Source of the DNA: the human T2T-CHM13v2.0 reference genome, Homo sapiens
Length of the DNA: 64,000 nt
Strand: one strand, 5' to 3'
Assembly (NCBI RefSeq): GCF_009914755.1
Contig: NC_060942.1
This document shows positions 37,488 through 53,370 of this stretch, in pieces (position 1 is the stretch's first letter; each line of letters begins with the position of its first letter). The notes under the pieces are model-generated. The model did no database searches. It worked only from the letters and a program-made list of their open reading frames with translations, and was not told the DNA's origin. The position numbers and the translations under genes are program-made.

Positions 37488-39019
37488 AGGTCCTTTTTAG
37501 ACCTGGTCCAAAAGGAGCATCATGAGTTATGGGTAGTTAGTGTTAGGGATAGTTTCTGGCCAGACTGGAATCTTTATCATGATGTACAGAAGTATACACT
37601 GAAATTGAAAATAAAGTAATAATGAGTTACCCCAGCAAAAGTAATATAGACATGTTGCCAAATAGTAACTTTAGTGATATTTTTAGGGCCCCAATTAAGA
37701 GATCCCAAAAGGCTAAAATCATTTGGTTTTGAGGACAGGAAAAGGAAGCATGCATGTTAGCTGAAGTAGGCCATGTGTGAATGTACACATAATGCTTTAT
37801 GTATACATGTGAATGCATGCATAATGTGAGGTGAAGTACAGGTGGGGCACACGATTTTACACAGAAGAAAAACCAAGCATCCTTTATTCTGCAGTGCCTG
37901 TGTAAATCAGTGACTCCCAGTAAATCAGCTGGGGAAAAGGAGGCCATTTGGAGACAGGCCTCCAGGTGGAGAACTTCAGATGGTGGCAGAGAAGGGGTGC
38001 AGAGCACATCTTAGTGCTCTTAGTGACTTTTTTCTTAGTGACTGTGTTGTGTACCCACTCAAGGTTTCCCTGAAAAGAATGAAGTGATTCGCTGACATCT
38101 CTGTTTTCTATATGGAAATCACAGAGCCAGAAGCATAAATAGCATGTGGGATATCATACCTAGTCTTTGTCTCAGATGTATTCTATGTTGCAAAATGAAT
38201 TAATGAAAAAGCCTTTCCTTTCATAAAGAGGACACTTTGAGCCAAATCAATCTATACACAAAGGAACCTATGGCACAGGTGTGAAGTAAGCAACCCTTAG
38301 CACCAGGCTGTCTCATCTCCTGTGATTGCACCTTCCGTTTCCTTTTCTACATGTTCTCCCTTTTTCCTTCCTCTCCTCCATCATCTTCCTCTTCTTGGTA
38401 AAGGGCCAACCCTAAGGTGTTATGTGGCTCCTGGCAATTCAATATCTATCATTTTGGAGTAATGTTGGGCTTACAAGCAAATATTGATTTGGCAGATGTA
38501 TTAGAGCTGAGAGAGGGTAAGTGACAGATCTTCTAGTGCAAAAGATCATACCTTTTCAAAGCATAAGATTGATTCTGCTTAAAACATGGATTTTAAAGTC
38601 TCTTGTGTTACATACTGTTTCAAGGCATAAAAATCAGCTGGGGTTAGCTAATGTGTACATTGTCCAGGCCTCTTGCTTCTCCTCCTGCTACTCTTATTTT
38701 CTGCATTTTGAGCATTTCTCTGCTCTTCACATTTCCCCTAGGAGGCTCCCCAGAATGTCCCCAAAATTGAAGCAGGGGAATGAAAATGAAAATTGATCCA
38801 GTTTGCTACTTTTAGATCCTCTGGTAAGAATTTGACAGGAAAAGAATTCGAAGCTACCAATCAAAATCAGGTTATTGTAGTATAAGTAACACCAGTGGAT
38901 TTTGTTTCTTATTTCCAAAACTTTCTTGAAAATGAATTGGTCTTTATGCCCAAATTTTTCAGAAATAATATTTTTAAATTATTTTAAATCAACCTAGCTT
39001 TGAATTATAATTTTTTTAT

Positions 39020-39960
39020 CATTAATTCATTTAAGAAATATTTGTTGATTACCTAACATATGCCAAATACTACATTAAATTCTGGGACACATAGAAAAAC
39101 AGTAAAATTCAGTCTATGTTCTCATCTGGGCTCACTGTGCAAGGTAGTATGGAAATATTTTGCAGTGAGCCGAGATCGCACCACTGCACTCGAGCCTGGG
39201 CGACAGAGCGAGACTCCGTCTCAAAAAAAAAAAAAAAAAAAAAGCTTAAAATATGATTCCTGCCTTCAAGAGGAAGTAGACTAGGAAAAGAGAGAGCCTA
39301 TATTGGAAAGAGAAAATAAGGGAGCTCTGGTCAAGAGCTAGAAATTATATAACATCTTAGAAGTCCAGGAGATTGAGGAGACTGAGTTAAACCTTATAGG
39401 ATAAAAGAATATAGACAAGAGCAGAGGCAGAGTAAAGGTTATTCTAGTGGATATGACAGCATATTTCTAGTAAGTGCTGTGAACACACACACACAAATGG
39501 AGGAAACTAAACTAGTATTGAGTATCTCTGATGTGATCAACACAAATCCAAATGATACAGGGTATACATACATAAGTAATATGAGGGCATAGTCATTTTC
39601 ATCAAGGGCTTACCACTGTTGGCATTCCAAGAATAATATACATGAAACAATTAGAAAATAATTACATAATAGCAAGGGATTGGCTGCTACAGTATGGCCA
39701 GTTCTAATGTGCTATAGGAATTACTGAGAGAGGGAGGCCAAGAAGGCTGGAGAAATTATAGAGGACTTCATAGAAGAGGTGAGACTTTAACAGGCACAGA
39801 AGGCATGGAGTAAAAGCATTTTGTGTAAAGTCAAGAGCAGCAAATATATACCAAGGAAGAGCAGTGTAAAATGACTCTGGGGCATTAGGCTGAGGACAGG
39901 CTATGGATGGCTTTGTATGCCAGAAAAGATCTGATGACACTGGGAAGATAGAACCTTTGA
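39020..39960 (-). mobile_element. L2 antisense fragments
   Basis: tcattaattcatttaagaaatatttgttgattacctaacatatgccaaatactacattaaattctggg; gacttcatagaagaggtgagactt; ggatggctttgtatgccag. Confidence 0.6.
39160..39243 (+). mobile_element. Severely 5'-truncated young AluY-type fragment with an A21 tail
   Basis: ttgcagtgagccgagatcgcaccactgcactcgagcctgggcgacagagcgagactccgtctc(A)21; CpGs largely intact. Confidence 0.92.
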
Positions 39961-40154
39961 AAAGTGTTTATTGGTCTAATTAATTGGATGGAAGGGAGAT
40001 TTTAGAATAACTTCCTCCTGTAAGTAGGACCACTGAAGAACCAGACAGACTCAAAGGATTGAATCATCAAGGCCCCTGAGCTATAGGAATTACAAGGTTA
40101 GAATGATAGCAGAGGAGAAATACTTGTGGTCTAAAAGTGAGCAGTTGAAGTTTT

Positions 40155-40812
40155 GTGTGCCATGGAAATCATCCTATTCAGGGTCATTTCTGTCACTAAC
40201 CATTAGAGTCAGTTATTGCCTGATTGAACTAAGATATATTCTCCCTCTTTAGCTTGCAAATTCCAGCTAGCAGACTCCTTTGCTGACTAGTTTCCATGGG
40301 TTTTAGACAATGTGAGACATAGGTAGAGAACTGGCAGGAGGGAAAGGGAAAAGGGGAGAAACCAAGTTGTGTCTCATTCTTAGCTCTACAGCAGAAGAAG
40401 GGAATTGCGTGCTATCTATATCTAAATCTATCTATATATCTATATCTATATCTATATCTATATCTATATCTATATCTATATCTGTGTCACAAAATATCAA
40501 GTCAAGGAATTGTGTTTCTCTACCAGTATCGCTGCCGTCTTTGGTTTCTTTGGGTTCCCAGCTCCTGCAGGAAACCCAAACTGTGATTCGACATCTCCTC
40601 AGGTGGCTCTGGCTTCTTCTGGGTTCTGGAAACAACATTTCTCTCCTTTGGGTGATAGCAATCTCTTGTTGTGACTACTGCCTGGGTTAATTAATAAGCC
40701 GCTGTTTGCCTTCTCAGCTGTTTTTTACACCAGTGTGACCAAGTCCATACATGAATTTCCTGCTGTTTAACATACACAGAGGTATTCTTATTTTCTGGAG
40801 TCTGACTGATAT
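40155..40812 (+). mobile_element. ERVL solo LTR, LTR33-like
   Basis: cagactcctttgctgactagtttccatgggttttagacaatgtgagaca...ttctgggttctggaaacaaca...cacagaggtattcttattttctggagtctgactgatat. Confidence 0.6.
40412..40462. repeat. (TATATC)n microsatellite
   Basis: Directly visible; source of the ISISIS/DIDIDI ORFs. Confidence 0.95.
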
Positions 40813-42404
40813 CCTATGTCACTGTAGTTAAATAATTTAAAAATATTTCTGGCTCTGGTTTTTATATCATTAAAACTGAAGGCATTAACTAGTTGATTTG
40901 CAATGCTTTTATAAATAACTGAGAAACTCAGAATGTAAGATGTCTATAAACTCAGAATATAAGATGTGTCTAATACTATCTCATTTTAGTTTATCATTTT
41001 GTAACTTATTCATATAAAACCTTCTCATATGGTATGCGATGCTCTTTTGAAAATTTGCTAAATTCAAGTTTTAAGAGAATTATCCAGTGCTTATAGAACC
41101 TAAATTTTTATGATTGACCCAATATAACTCAGTCCTTTTAAGGATCCAGACTGATACTCTGCTTGGAGATGCATGGAGAGTAAAGGAAGGGATAGAAGGG
41201 AGATTTCTCATGAGAAAGCCCAAAAGAGATCACAAGAAATGGAAATGCATTTAGCCCCAGAGACTGAGCATTGGGAGTAAAGAGGTCAACAAGCACAAAG
41301 AAAGAGAGGCGTCCTTTTACTTAGCACTTGCTAACACCCGCAGTGTCACATCCTTTATTTGAATTTCCATCTCTTTGGTGACCAAGACCACCCCATTACC
41401 TTGTAAGTATCTACTTCAATCCAAGACAGGCAATTTAGAATTTTTGTAATTTTCGAAGGATTAGCAGTGGAGTAGGCCTTGTTTGTTCCCAATTGAATGC
41501 TCAATTTTAGGGCCATAATTGGAAAGATTTCCAGTAATTTGTGGCAGTTGCATTTAGTAAAAGGGATGGAGGTGATTTTTGTTACTTTATTCTTTTGTTA
41601 GGCCTTTATAACCCACATTTGGCAGGGGTATGAGATAATCTCTGACAGTATGCATCTTGAGTAAGGTTGTTTTTTTTTTTGTTTTTTTTTGTTTTTTTTT
41701 TTTATGTGATACAACTGCAGAGGAGGTTGAAAGTAGCCTGTCCTGCTACCTATTTATCCTCTTGGAATGATCAGTCATTACTACTATTTATACTATAAGA
41801 CAGAGACATTTTCCTGTCAATGATGAGTCAGTAAAAGTTAAATTTTGCTCAAAATGAACCAGTACATGTATTTTTAAAGTCTGTGATTGAGTTAGGAAAT
41901 AGTTGATGATTGGATCTGCTAAATCACCAAAAAATGATGTCTTAAATGATTAATTTTTCCAAATATTGGGGTGTGCATGGTACAGATACTTGCAAAGCCA
42001 CAGCTTTTGCTTTCCATGGTTAAGATTAGAGACAGACATTTTGACTCCCACTTACAAAACAAAATAGGATAGAATTCTCAAAATCTACTAGATGATAATC
42101 AAACAAAGCCACATATGTATCTATCTGCATAGACCTTTGCATTATACAAATGGCCATCAAAAGTCTAGCTCAATGCAATTAAAAATTAATCTACTTTAAC
42201 ATGCAAATCAACTTTGATGTGACTAATATTCTAGGTTCTTCAGGAGATTCAAATAAAAAAGTGATTTTTTTAATTTAATAAACATTTTTTAAAAGTTTCT
42301 CCTGCTTCTTTCACTAAGTGTGCAGACCAACTGTTGATAGAAAAGTAACCAAAAAAAAAAAAAGCTTAAAACAATTTTACAGCAGTTTTAGAAATAAACC
42401 ATTA

Positions 42405-42665
42405 ATTTTTTTTTTTTTTTTTTTTTGGAGACAGGGTCTTGGTATGTTGCCTAGGCTGGAGTGCAGTGGTACTATCATGGCTCACCGCAGCCTCAACATC
42501 CTGGGTTCAGGTGATTCTCCCACTTCAGCCTCCTGAGTAGCTGGGACCACAGCCACACATTACCACACCTGGCTAGTTTTTATAACTTTTGTAGAGATGG
42601 GGTTTCGCCATCTTTTCCAGGCTGGTCTCGAACTCCTGGGCTCAAGCAATCTGCCCACCTCAGCT
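42405..42665 (-). mobile_element. AluJ, 5'-truncated
   Basis: Poly-T, gagacagggtct...tcatggctcaccgcagcctc...gtagagatggggtttcgcca...ctcctgggctcaagcaatctgcccacctcagc. Confidence 0.92.
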
Positions 42666-45600
42666 GAATTTTGAAGGAAATACAAAACAAAGACACCATC
42701 TAGTAACTTCTTATAGACACTATCTTTCTAAGTCAAAGGCACTAGAATCATGATGCCTAAATTTTTGCCATGGCTGTGCTATTATGTGGTAATAATTAAT
42801 CTGACTTTTGTTTATCTATAAAATGTAAGAGTTGGATGAGGGTGGTGAAATTCCTGGTATGTCAAGTTACCAAAATCCTTCAGAATTGTGCAGCTAAATT
42901 TTGATGAGTATGTGCATTTTCTTTTAATACAAATAATGGAAATTTGAGCTGGACAGGACAAGTGACCCAGCACAAAGTGGTACACGAAGTACTGTGAGTA
43001 AAAGGCATGGTTTAATGTGAAGCCCAAGATGGAATCTGTGTTTACTGAAACATGCGACTACTTTGCCTTTTTAATGTTTCAAATTGCATGCTCAGGGTGG
43101 CAAACAACCTGATATAAATAGCTAACCAGTGATAAAGAGTGACCAATAAATACTACAACTGTTGAAGATTTATTTCATTACTTTTTTCCAAACCTGATTT
43201 TTAAAATTTCTGTTCACTTACCAATCCTTTCAAGCATATTTTCACAAATTCTAGAATTTCACCAGCATAAAATGCCTTATAACCACTTTCCTAGGGGAAT
43301 AGGAAGGTCTCTCTTAGTTTTTAAATTTGATGACAATATCTGAATCAAATACAGATAAAATTTTCAACTTCTGCTCAGGATGCAAAAGAGTGCAAGAAAG
43401 GATTGTTCCCATCCTAACAATGAGAAAGAGCTGAATAATCTCCTAAATCATGACTTTTTTAAAAAGCCATCATTATTGAAATTGCAAAGCATAAATTCCA
43501 AAGAGTAATATGCCCCTATAAAGATAAATGAGATAAAAGTCTTTTCTTTTTTCACCTGTGGCAGGGCAAATAAAGGAGATAGTTTTTATAAAATTATTTA
43601 AGTAGAAATTAATTAACATTTTTGTGAACTTTAAATGCTGAGACTAGGCTAGTGTATCAATTTAGAAATAACTCTGAGTTCCAGATACAAGAGAAATTTG
43701 CATTCATTTGTAAGTTCTTAGCTAGATTCTCTAGCAGGTGCTCATGAGACAGATTTGGAGCAGACAAGGAAACTGGAGATAAGGTGCAGGTGGCCCATGT
43801 GTGCAGTCATTGATTGACTACAGCTGGGGAACAGATACACACTACCTCCTGCTTCCCTGAACACATCTCTCATAGGAAAAAATGTCTTCACCAATGAAGG
43901 AGGGAGATCAGACCCTGCAGCTCTGGACTAAGGAAAAGATCTACTGTTTTTGCATAAAGGGTAAAGGTACAGCCTCTGGGAGAAAGGAAAATCTCTCCAA
44001 GCCAAGTCTTGCACTCTTACAAAATAGAAGCCTCTATACAGAGAAAGATGGAAAATATTTATTAGCCCAAGAGGTGCCAGAGATACTAAGAAATATTGAG
44101 CAGAGCTTGGTGGCCATGGGAGGAGGGAGGGGGTCAAGAAATACTAACACTGGGAAGTTTCCACTCCCTGAAGCCCAGGCAGAGAATCTTTGCCTAAAAC
44201 TTAGGCTTGACATGAGAATTTCCCCCTATGCTCACAATGAACCTAGGCCTCAGTAGCTATCGACAGAAGTATAAAACTAGGAAAGGAAAAGAGCATAGAG
44301 AGAGACCTTCTTTAATAACACATGTATTCAGAGACTGCTGAAACTGAGAGTGGAGGAGGAATGCTTACATACAATCTTCTGACCCCCAAGACCTCCCATT
44401 AAGAAGTTGTTCACTGCAAGAGGAATTTGAAAACTGTGGTGATCTGAAAGTAAGGATAGTAGCAATAAAACCTAAATTTATCTCAACTACTGGCTTAATT
44501 GACTCAACCCCCAAAACTCATTAGCTGGTTAGGCCAGAGAGAAGATGTGTTCATCTTCAGAAAAAAAACATATTTACCTTAGTTTTTAGTTTTCTTCTGC
44601 TCATGATGTTAAGCAATCCATCAGGACTGTGACACACATATAAAAGGAAAAAAGGAGTAACACAAGATGAGGCAATAAATAATATCAGACTCACAGGTGA
44701 CTTAGATGGTAGAACTGATATAAACTTTAGAATTGCTTTGAATACTATGTGAAATCATATCATCTAGTGGGAAAATTGGATGACATATTTACACAAATAG
44801 GGAATATCAGAAAAGAAATGAAAGCTAAAAGAAATAGTAAAGTGGGAGTTTTAGAATAATTTTGATATTGAACACAACGAAAATTTTAACAGACTTAGCA
44901 CACTGAATAGACCATAAAAACAGATAACTTGAATATTGGGCTACATAGATTATCCAAACTGTGACAAAGAGAAAAAAAGACAAAAAATTAAAACAAGAAC
45001 AAAGCAATGAGAGCTCTCGGACAATATCAAATAATTGGATATACATGTAATTGGAGTTTGAAAAGGAAAAGACAGAACCAAAGGAGCAGAAGAAACATTT
45101 AAAGATATAATAGATGAAATTTTCCAAAATTAATTAAAGCTAGACCACCATTTGTAGAAACTTAGGGAAAACACAAGTCAGATGTGCACACATGTGCACA
45201 TATACACACACATACACACAGTCCTAGAGTTATTATATTCAAACTGATAAAACCAAACTTAAAGAAAAGTCTTGAAGGTGGCCAGAGGGGAAAAATAAAA
45301 CATTAAAGAGAAGCAATGTAAGAATGACAACTGATTTTTCATCTGAAACTGTGGTAGCCAGAAGCTAACAGAGTAAAATCTTTAAAGTGCTAAAAGAAAA
45401 AAAAATAAATCTGTCAATCTAGAATTCTATAACCATTGAAAATATTTTTCAATAGTTAATGCAAATAAAAGAGACTTTCTCAGACCAACAAAATCTAAGA
45501 GATTTTATTGCCAATATACTGCACTAAAAGAAGTGTTAGAAGAGAGTGTTCTTCAGAAACAGACTATAATATCACATGGAAATTTGAATCTACACAAATA

Positions 45601-47255
45601 AACAGCACAGGAAAATGGTAGAAATGAGAATTTTTATTTTTAATCTTTTCAAAAGTTAACTGTTTAAAGCAGAAATGTGTAACAATGTGTTATGTGGTTA
45701 ACATGTTTAAGTAAAATGTATGAATTCAGTAGCACAAAATATGAAAGTGTACTGCTTTAATATTTTCATATACCTGAAGTTGTATAGTGTTAATTGAAGA
45801 TAGACTGTGATAAATTTAAAATGTGTAATGTAAACCTTAGAACAAGTACAAAATTATGCTTTCAAAAGTAAAATTGTAAATAAACTCAAACCAAAAGAAG
45901 GCAGGGAAAGAGGGTAAGGGAGACATATAGGGCAATGAAAAAGCAACTAGCAAGAGCAAAGATTTAGATCCAAATGTATTAACTGTAAATAGTCAACCCC
46001 CACCAAAAAGGCAAAGATTGTCGGATTAGGCAGAAATGTAAGATCCCATTCTATACTATAGACAAAACATTTTTTAATATAAAGATATAACTTCGTTAAC
46101 AGAAAATGATAGAAATAAGATTTGCTTTGTAAACACTACAAAAAAAGTGGAAGTATCTATTAATATTACACAAGGTAGCCTTAGAATAAGTACTATTATT
46201 GAAAATAAAGAGGAATAATATAAATAATATATCCTATGGATAAATAATTTAAAATTATATCACAAAGACATCATTGTCATAAATATGTATGGACCCAACA
46301 AAAATGCTTCAAAATACTTCAAAATACATAAGAAAAAAGCAACTGAAAAAATAAATTGAGAAATATATAAATATAGTTGGGAATTTCAATTACTCAGTGA
46401 CTGATGGAACAAGTCAACAGAAAATCACTAAGAACATAAAAGAGCTGAACAATATTATGGAACAATTTTGATAGTTGATATTTAAAAGACACTTCACACA
46501 ACAATGGCAGAATGCACATTCTTTTCAAATACACAGGACACATTCACCAAAATAGACTATTTTCTGAGTTATAATTCAAATCTCACCAACTGAAATGTAA
46601 ATTTACATAAATGGTGTTTTTTTTCAAAAAATGAAGTTAAAGTAGAAATAAGTAACAGAAAGATACTTGTAAAGTCTCCAAATATTTGAAAATTAAGCAT
46701 TACACTTCTACCTAGCCCATGGGTCAAAACAGAAATAAAATGTTGAATTGACTCTATGTAAAATACAACATACCAAAATTTGTGGAATGTCGTTTAAGCA
46801 ATGCTTAGAGGAAAATTTTTATGTGTATTCAGAAATCTAGGAAAGTCTAAAATCAATAATGGAAGGTAATATCCTAAGAAACTAAAAAAAAGTAAGGTAA
46901 ATTCAAGGAAAACAGAGAGAAAGAAAGAAATATATTACCAGAAATCAATGAACTTTTAAACAGAATAAAAAGTTTTTTATTTTAAATTTATTAAACCAAA
47001 ACCTGGTTCTTTAAAAAGAATTGATGAAATTGATGAACCTTTAGCCAAACTGATCATGAAAAAAAGAGATACAAAAATTACCAATATATGTAATAAAAGC
47101 AGAAACATTACACATTGTACAGATTAGTAAGTATATATTAAAGGGATTTTGTGGAACAATTTATGCCAATGAATAAAATAAATATCATAACATAGATGAA
47201 AGTCAAATTACTTGAAAGACACAAATTACCAAAGCTCAATCATAAAGAAGTAAAT

Positions 47256-47554
<299 letters not shown>

Positions 47555-47623
47555 TGTAACCTGAATCACTCTGTATCTATTACAAAAGTATAGTTAAAAC
47601 TCATCCACAAAAACAGACAAACA

Positions 47624-47626
<3 letters not shown>

Positions 47627-47658
<32 letters not shown>
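47627..47658. repeat. A32 homopolymer within L1
   Basis: Directly visible. Confidence 0.95.
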
Positions 47659-47661
<3 letters not shown>

Positions 47662-48401
47662 GAGGCACAAATGGCTGCATAGGAAAATGCTAACAAACTT
47701 TTCGGAGAAAAGTCACACCATTTCTATACAAATTCTTCTGAAAGAGAAGGAAACATTCTTCAACTCTATATTGATGCTAGCATTAACTTGCTGCCAAACA
47801 GTAAAAAATGTTACAAGAAAAGAAGTATACAGACCAACATCCTTCATGAGCCTATTTGCAAAGATCCTTTAAAAAATATTACCAATAAAATCCAGCAATA
47901 TATAAAAAGATAATACACCTTGACCACATGGTGTTTATATACCAGGAATGCAAAATTGGTTCAAATTTTGAAAATCTGTCAATGAATTTCACCTATATCA
48001 ACAAAATAAACAAGAAAAAAGGTGATCATCTTAATAGATGCATTTTAAAAATTGACAAAATTCAATAACACTTTACAACAAAACCTCTCAGCAACATACA
48101 AATAGAAAAGAACTTCTTCATTTTCTTAAAGGATATCTTAAATGCCATATATGGCTAACATTCTATTATACAATAAAAGGCTGAATGCTTTCCCTTTAAG
48201 ACTGGGAACTAGGTAATGGTTCCTGCTATCTACACTTATATCCAACATTTGCTTTAGGTTCTAGCTAGTATGATAGGGCACCAAAAAAAAAAAAAAAAAA
48301 AAAAAGTCATGTGGAACAGCCAGAACCCTCATATATTGTGGTGCAAGTACAAAATAGCCACTTTAGAAAATGGTTCAGTAGTTCAGTATGAATTTAATAA
48401 A

Positions 48402-48703
48402 GGCCAGGCAAAGTGGCTCCTACCTGTAATGCCAACACTTTGGGAGGCTGAGGCAGGAGGACTGCTTGAGCCCTGGAGTTTAAGACCAGCCTGGGCAACA
48501 TAAGACCCCATATCTACAAAAAAAAAAAATTAAAAATTAGCTTGGCATGATGGGCTGTGCTTGGAGTCCCAACTACTAAAGAGGGTGAGGCAAGAGGATC
48601 GCTTGAGCCCAGAAGTTCAAGGCTGCAGGGAGCTATGATTGCATCACTGTACTCCAGCCTGGGCAATAGAATGAGACCCCCATCTCTTAAAAAGAAAAAA
48701 AAA
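48402..48703 (+). mobile_element. AluJ (Jo/Jr-like)
   Basis: ggaggactgcttgagccc, ggatcgcttgagcccagaagttcaaggctgca; TSD gaatttaataaa / gaatttaattat. Confidence 0.92.
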
Positions 48704-48819
48704 GAATTTAATTATATACTCATAATCCAGCAATCCTACTCCTAGGTATTTAAGAAAAATGAAAAGTTGTATGCACATAATACCTATACATGAATGTCTG
48801 CAGCAGCTTTATCTATTGA

Positions 48820-49115
48820 TACATAATATATATTTGTTTATATTATACATAATTATATATAATATAGTATAATTTATATTATTTATATAATATGTTGTGT
48901 ACAATATGAATAAATATATATATTATGTATAAAGCTGTGTATTATCTTTATAGATATGTAAAAAGCTGTAATATATCTTTATAGATAAAGCTTTATATAT
49001 ATTATATATTAAGATATGTATAAAGGTGTAATATATCTTTATCTATAGATAAAGCTTTATAGATACATTATATTTATTTACATATTATATATCTTATATA
49101 TATATATAGAATAAA
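48820..49115. repeat. AT-rich (TA)n-type low-complexity expansion in the L1 3' region
   Basis: About 300 bp nearly all A/T with internal repeats and palindromes. Confidence 0.9.
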
Positions 49116-50339
49116 TATAGAAGCCCAAACCAGAAGCAACTCAATTGTATTACAGCCATACAATGGATTAAAAAGGAAAAAAAGGAGTGAACTACTTACA
49201 TATTTAACCTCATGGATTAATCTCAAATGTAGCCTGCTGAGTGATAAAAGCCAGAAACAAAAGGCACTTATTACAGAATTCCTTTTCCATGACAGTCCTA
49301 CAAAGACAATTTCATAAGGATGAATCAGTTGTTGCCAAGGTCTGGGGATAGGGTAAGAGGATTGTCTACAAAGAAGCAGGAAGAAATTTTTTGGAAGTTG
49401 AAACATTTTACATCTTGATTTTGGTGGCTATCTCAATGCTGAATAAATGTGTGAAAACTCATTCTACTCTACACCGAAAATTGAAGAATTTTATAGTATT
49501 AAATTATTCTTCAATAAACCTGACTTTAAGAATATATATTATGGACCATTTTAATGAAAATGGCCATCCAAGGTAAAATATGGCTGTAATTAAAGTATGC
49601 ATAAATCATTCCGTATATACTCTGGGTAAAATTCAATAACTATCTATTGAATTTGATTTGATAACCTGGTGGAGGGGTGGGCAGGGGGGAAGACAATAGC
49701 ATTCTAGAGCCTCTGCCCAGGTACATTATCAACGATGAAGGGTGCCTTGGTTATTTATTGAGCATTAAATGATTGAAAGGTAAAAAGTGATTCTGAGGCT
49801 TTGTGATTACAGTGGTAAATTGAACACGTGTGCTAACCTTTGTTCTCCTTCAAAACCCTAGTAACGTGGTATTGAGTCGTGAATTTTATTTTTTCATTTT
49901 ATTTATTTATTTAAAAAATCAAAAAGGAGAAACCCACCAAGACCAAGAAAATTATAATGGATAATAACAACATACTATAAAAACTGGAAGGCAGATGACA
50001 AATTGTAACAGAGAACAGACTTTAGGAGCAGAAAACTAAGTGAATTTGGCAGAAACCCTAGAAGATGAAGGCAGAAAGGTTCAGGTGGCACAGGTACCTC
50101 TGACCGTGGTAAAGAAGAGGAAAAGCAAAACAGAAGGATGGGTGGAAAGTCTGCATAAGAAGTGGTTTAGTTTTCAAATCTCCTCTCTGATGCCCCACAG
50201 ATGGGCACATGATTTTATCCAACATAGCAGAAGATTGAACATTTATTCCTTAGATAGTGTGAACCAGAGGACTGCTGAATATTAGGCACGGATAACATCC
50301 TGAAAATAGTGCATGCATGCTCATCTTCCAGAATGCAAG

Positions 50340-52250
<1,911 letters not shown>

Positions 52251-53189
52251 CATCTAAAAACATAATTACAATGTCTGGTGACAAAATTCTCCAGGGTTTT
52301 TCCTCTTTTATTTCTACTTCAATATACACAGACTTTGCTGAGACCTCCCTTCCTATCCTCTATTTTCTTCCAGTTTCATTGTTCTCTCATGGTGTTACTT
52401 TCTTCCTCTTCCAGTATATCCTCATGATGCTTCAAATTACTGTTCGGATAGCATCTTCAGTGTCCTCTGGACTACTAGACACAAGAGACTTTTTCCTCCT
52501 TTTGCCTTATAACATGCTACTATTATAGTCATGGTAGCGTTTCACCGTTTTTACATGTTCCTTTGTCTCCTATAGGAATGGAAGCATCATGAGGGTTAGG
52601 GTTCGTCCAGTTTGGCTATGCACACATATCCTCAGCACCTGGAACAGTTAAGAGTCCATATTAATGACTCAAGAAATACTTAGTAATCAAACCAATGAAG
52701 CAAATTACAGAATGAAAGACCTTGGTTTATTCCAATAATTACTAGTCTGCAGACAGAGGTTCCAGAATGAGTTTGATATGACTCAGAGAGTGATTCCTTC
52801 AGGATATAGATGATCCTCACAGAGAATTATAAAGAGAAAGTGATCAGCTCTTAATTCAATATATCAATCACTAGCAAGTGATTTTTTTTTTTTGTCCTTG
52901 GCTTGCTCTTTGAGAAAATCGAAGCAGTTAATTGAAGGTAAGAGGCATGATGAATTTCACCTGTCAGATTAGACACTTCAGTCTAGTTGTAAATTTATTG
53001 GCTAAAGTTTTTAGCCATACCACTGAACCTGAAAATGTTTTTCTCCCCGATACCATAATATTCCAAACTTGGAAAAAATAAACAAAACACGCTTTTTTTT
53101 TCTCAAATGGCATGTAAACCCTTTTTAAATTTTGACCCCAAATGCATATTCTTTACCAGTGGGTCAAGAATTAGAGAGGTGGGAGAAAG

Positions 53190-53370
53190 AGAGCTGGAAG
53201 TGAAATCAGAAGTTTTATCCCTTTCACTTTGTGTTGCTTTGGGCAAGTCTCTTTACCTCTCTCAATGTCAGTTGCCTAAATTATAAATAAAGACAAATTT
53301 TAACATGGATTATAAATATCAGAAGATAACATGAGGCAAGAAATTTATAAACTGTAAACAAGTCATACAA
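53190..53370 (+). mobile_element. MIR
   Basis: gtgttgctttgggcaagtctctttacctctctcaatgtcagttgcctaaattataaa. Confidence 0.6.

Noticed and set aside
40367-40690. ISISIS/DIDIDI ORFs
   Set aside because: (TATATC)n microsatellite inside an LTR
43882-44256. 124-aa ATG ORF
   Set aside because: Within the 5' UTR region of an ancient L1; no homology recognised
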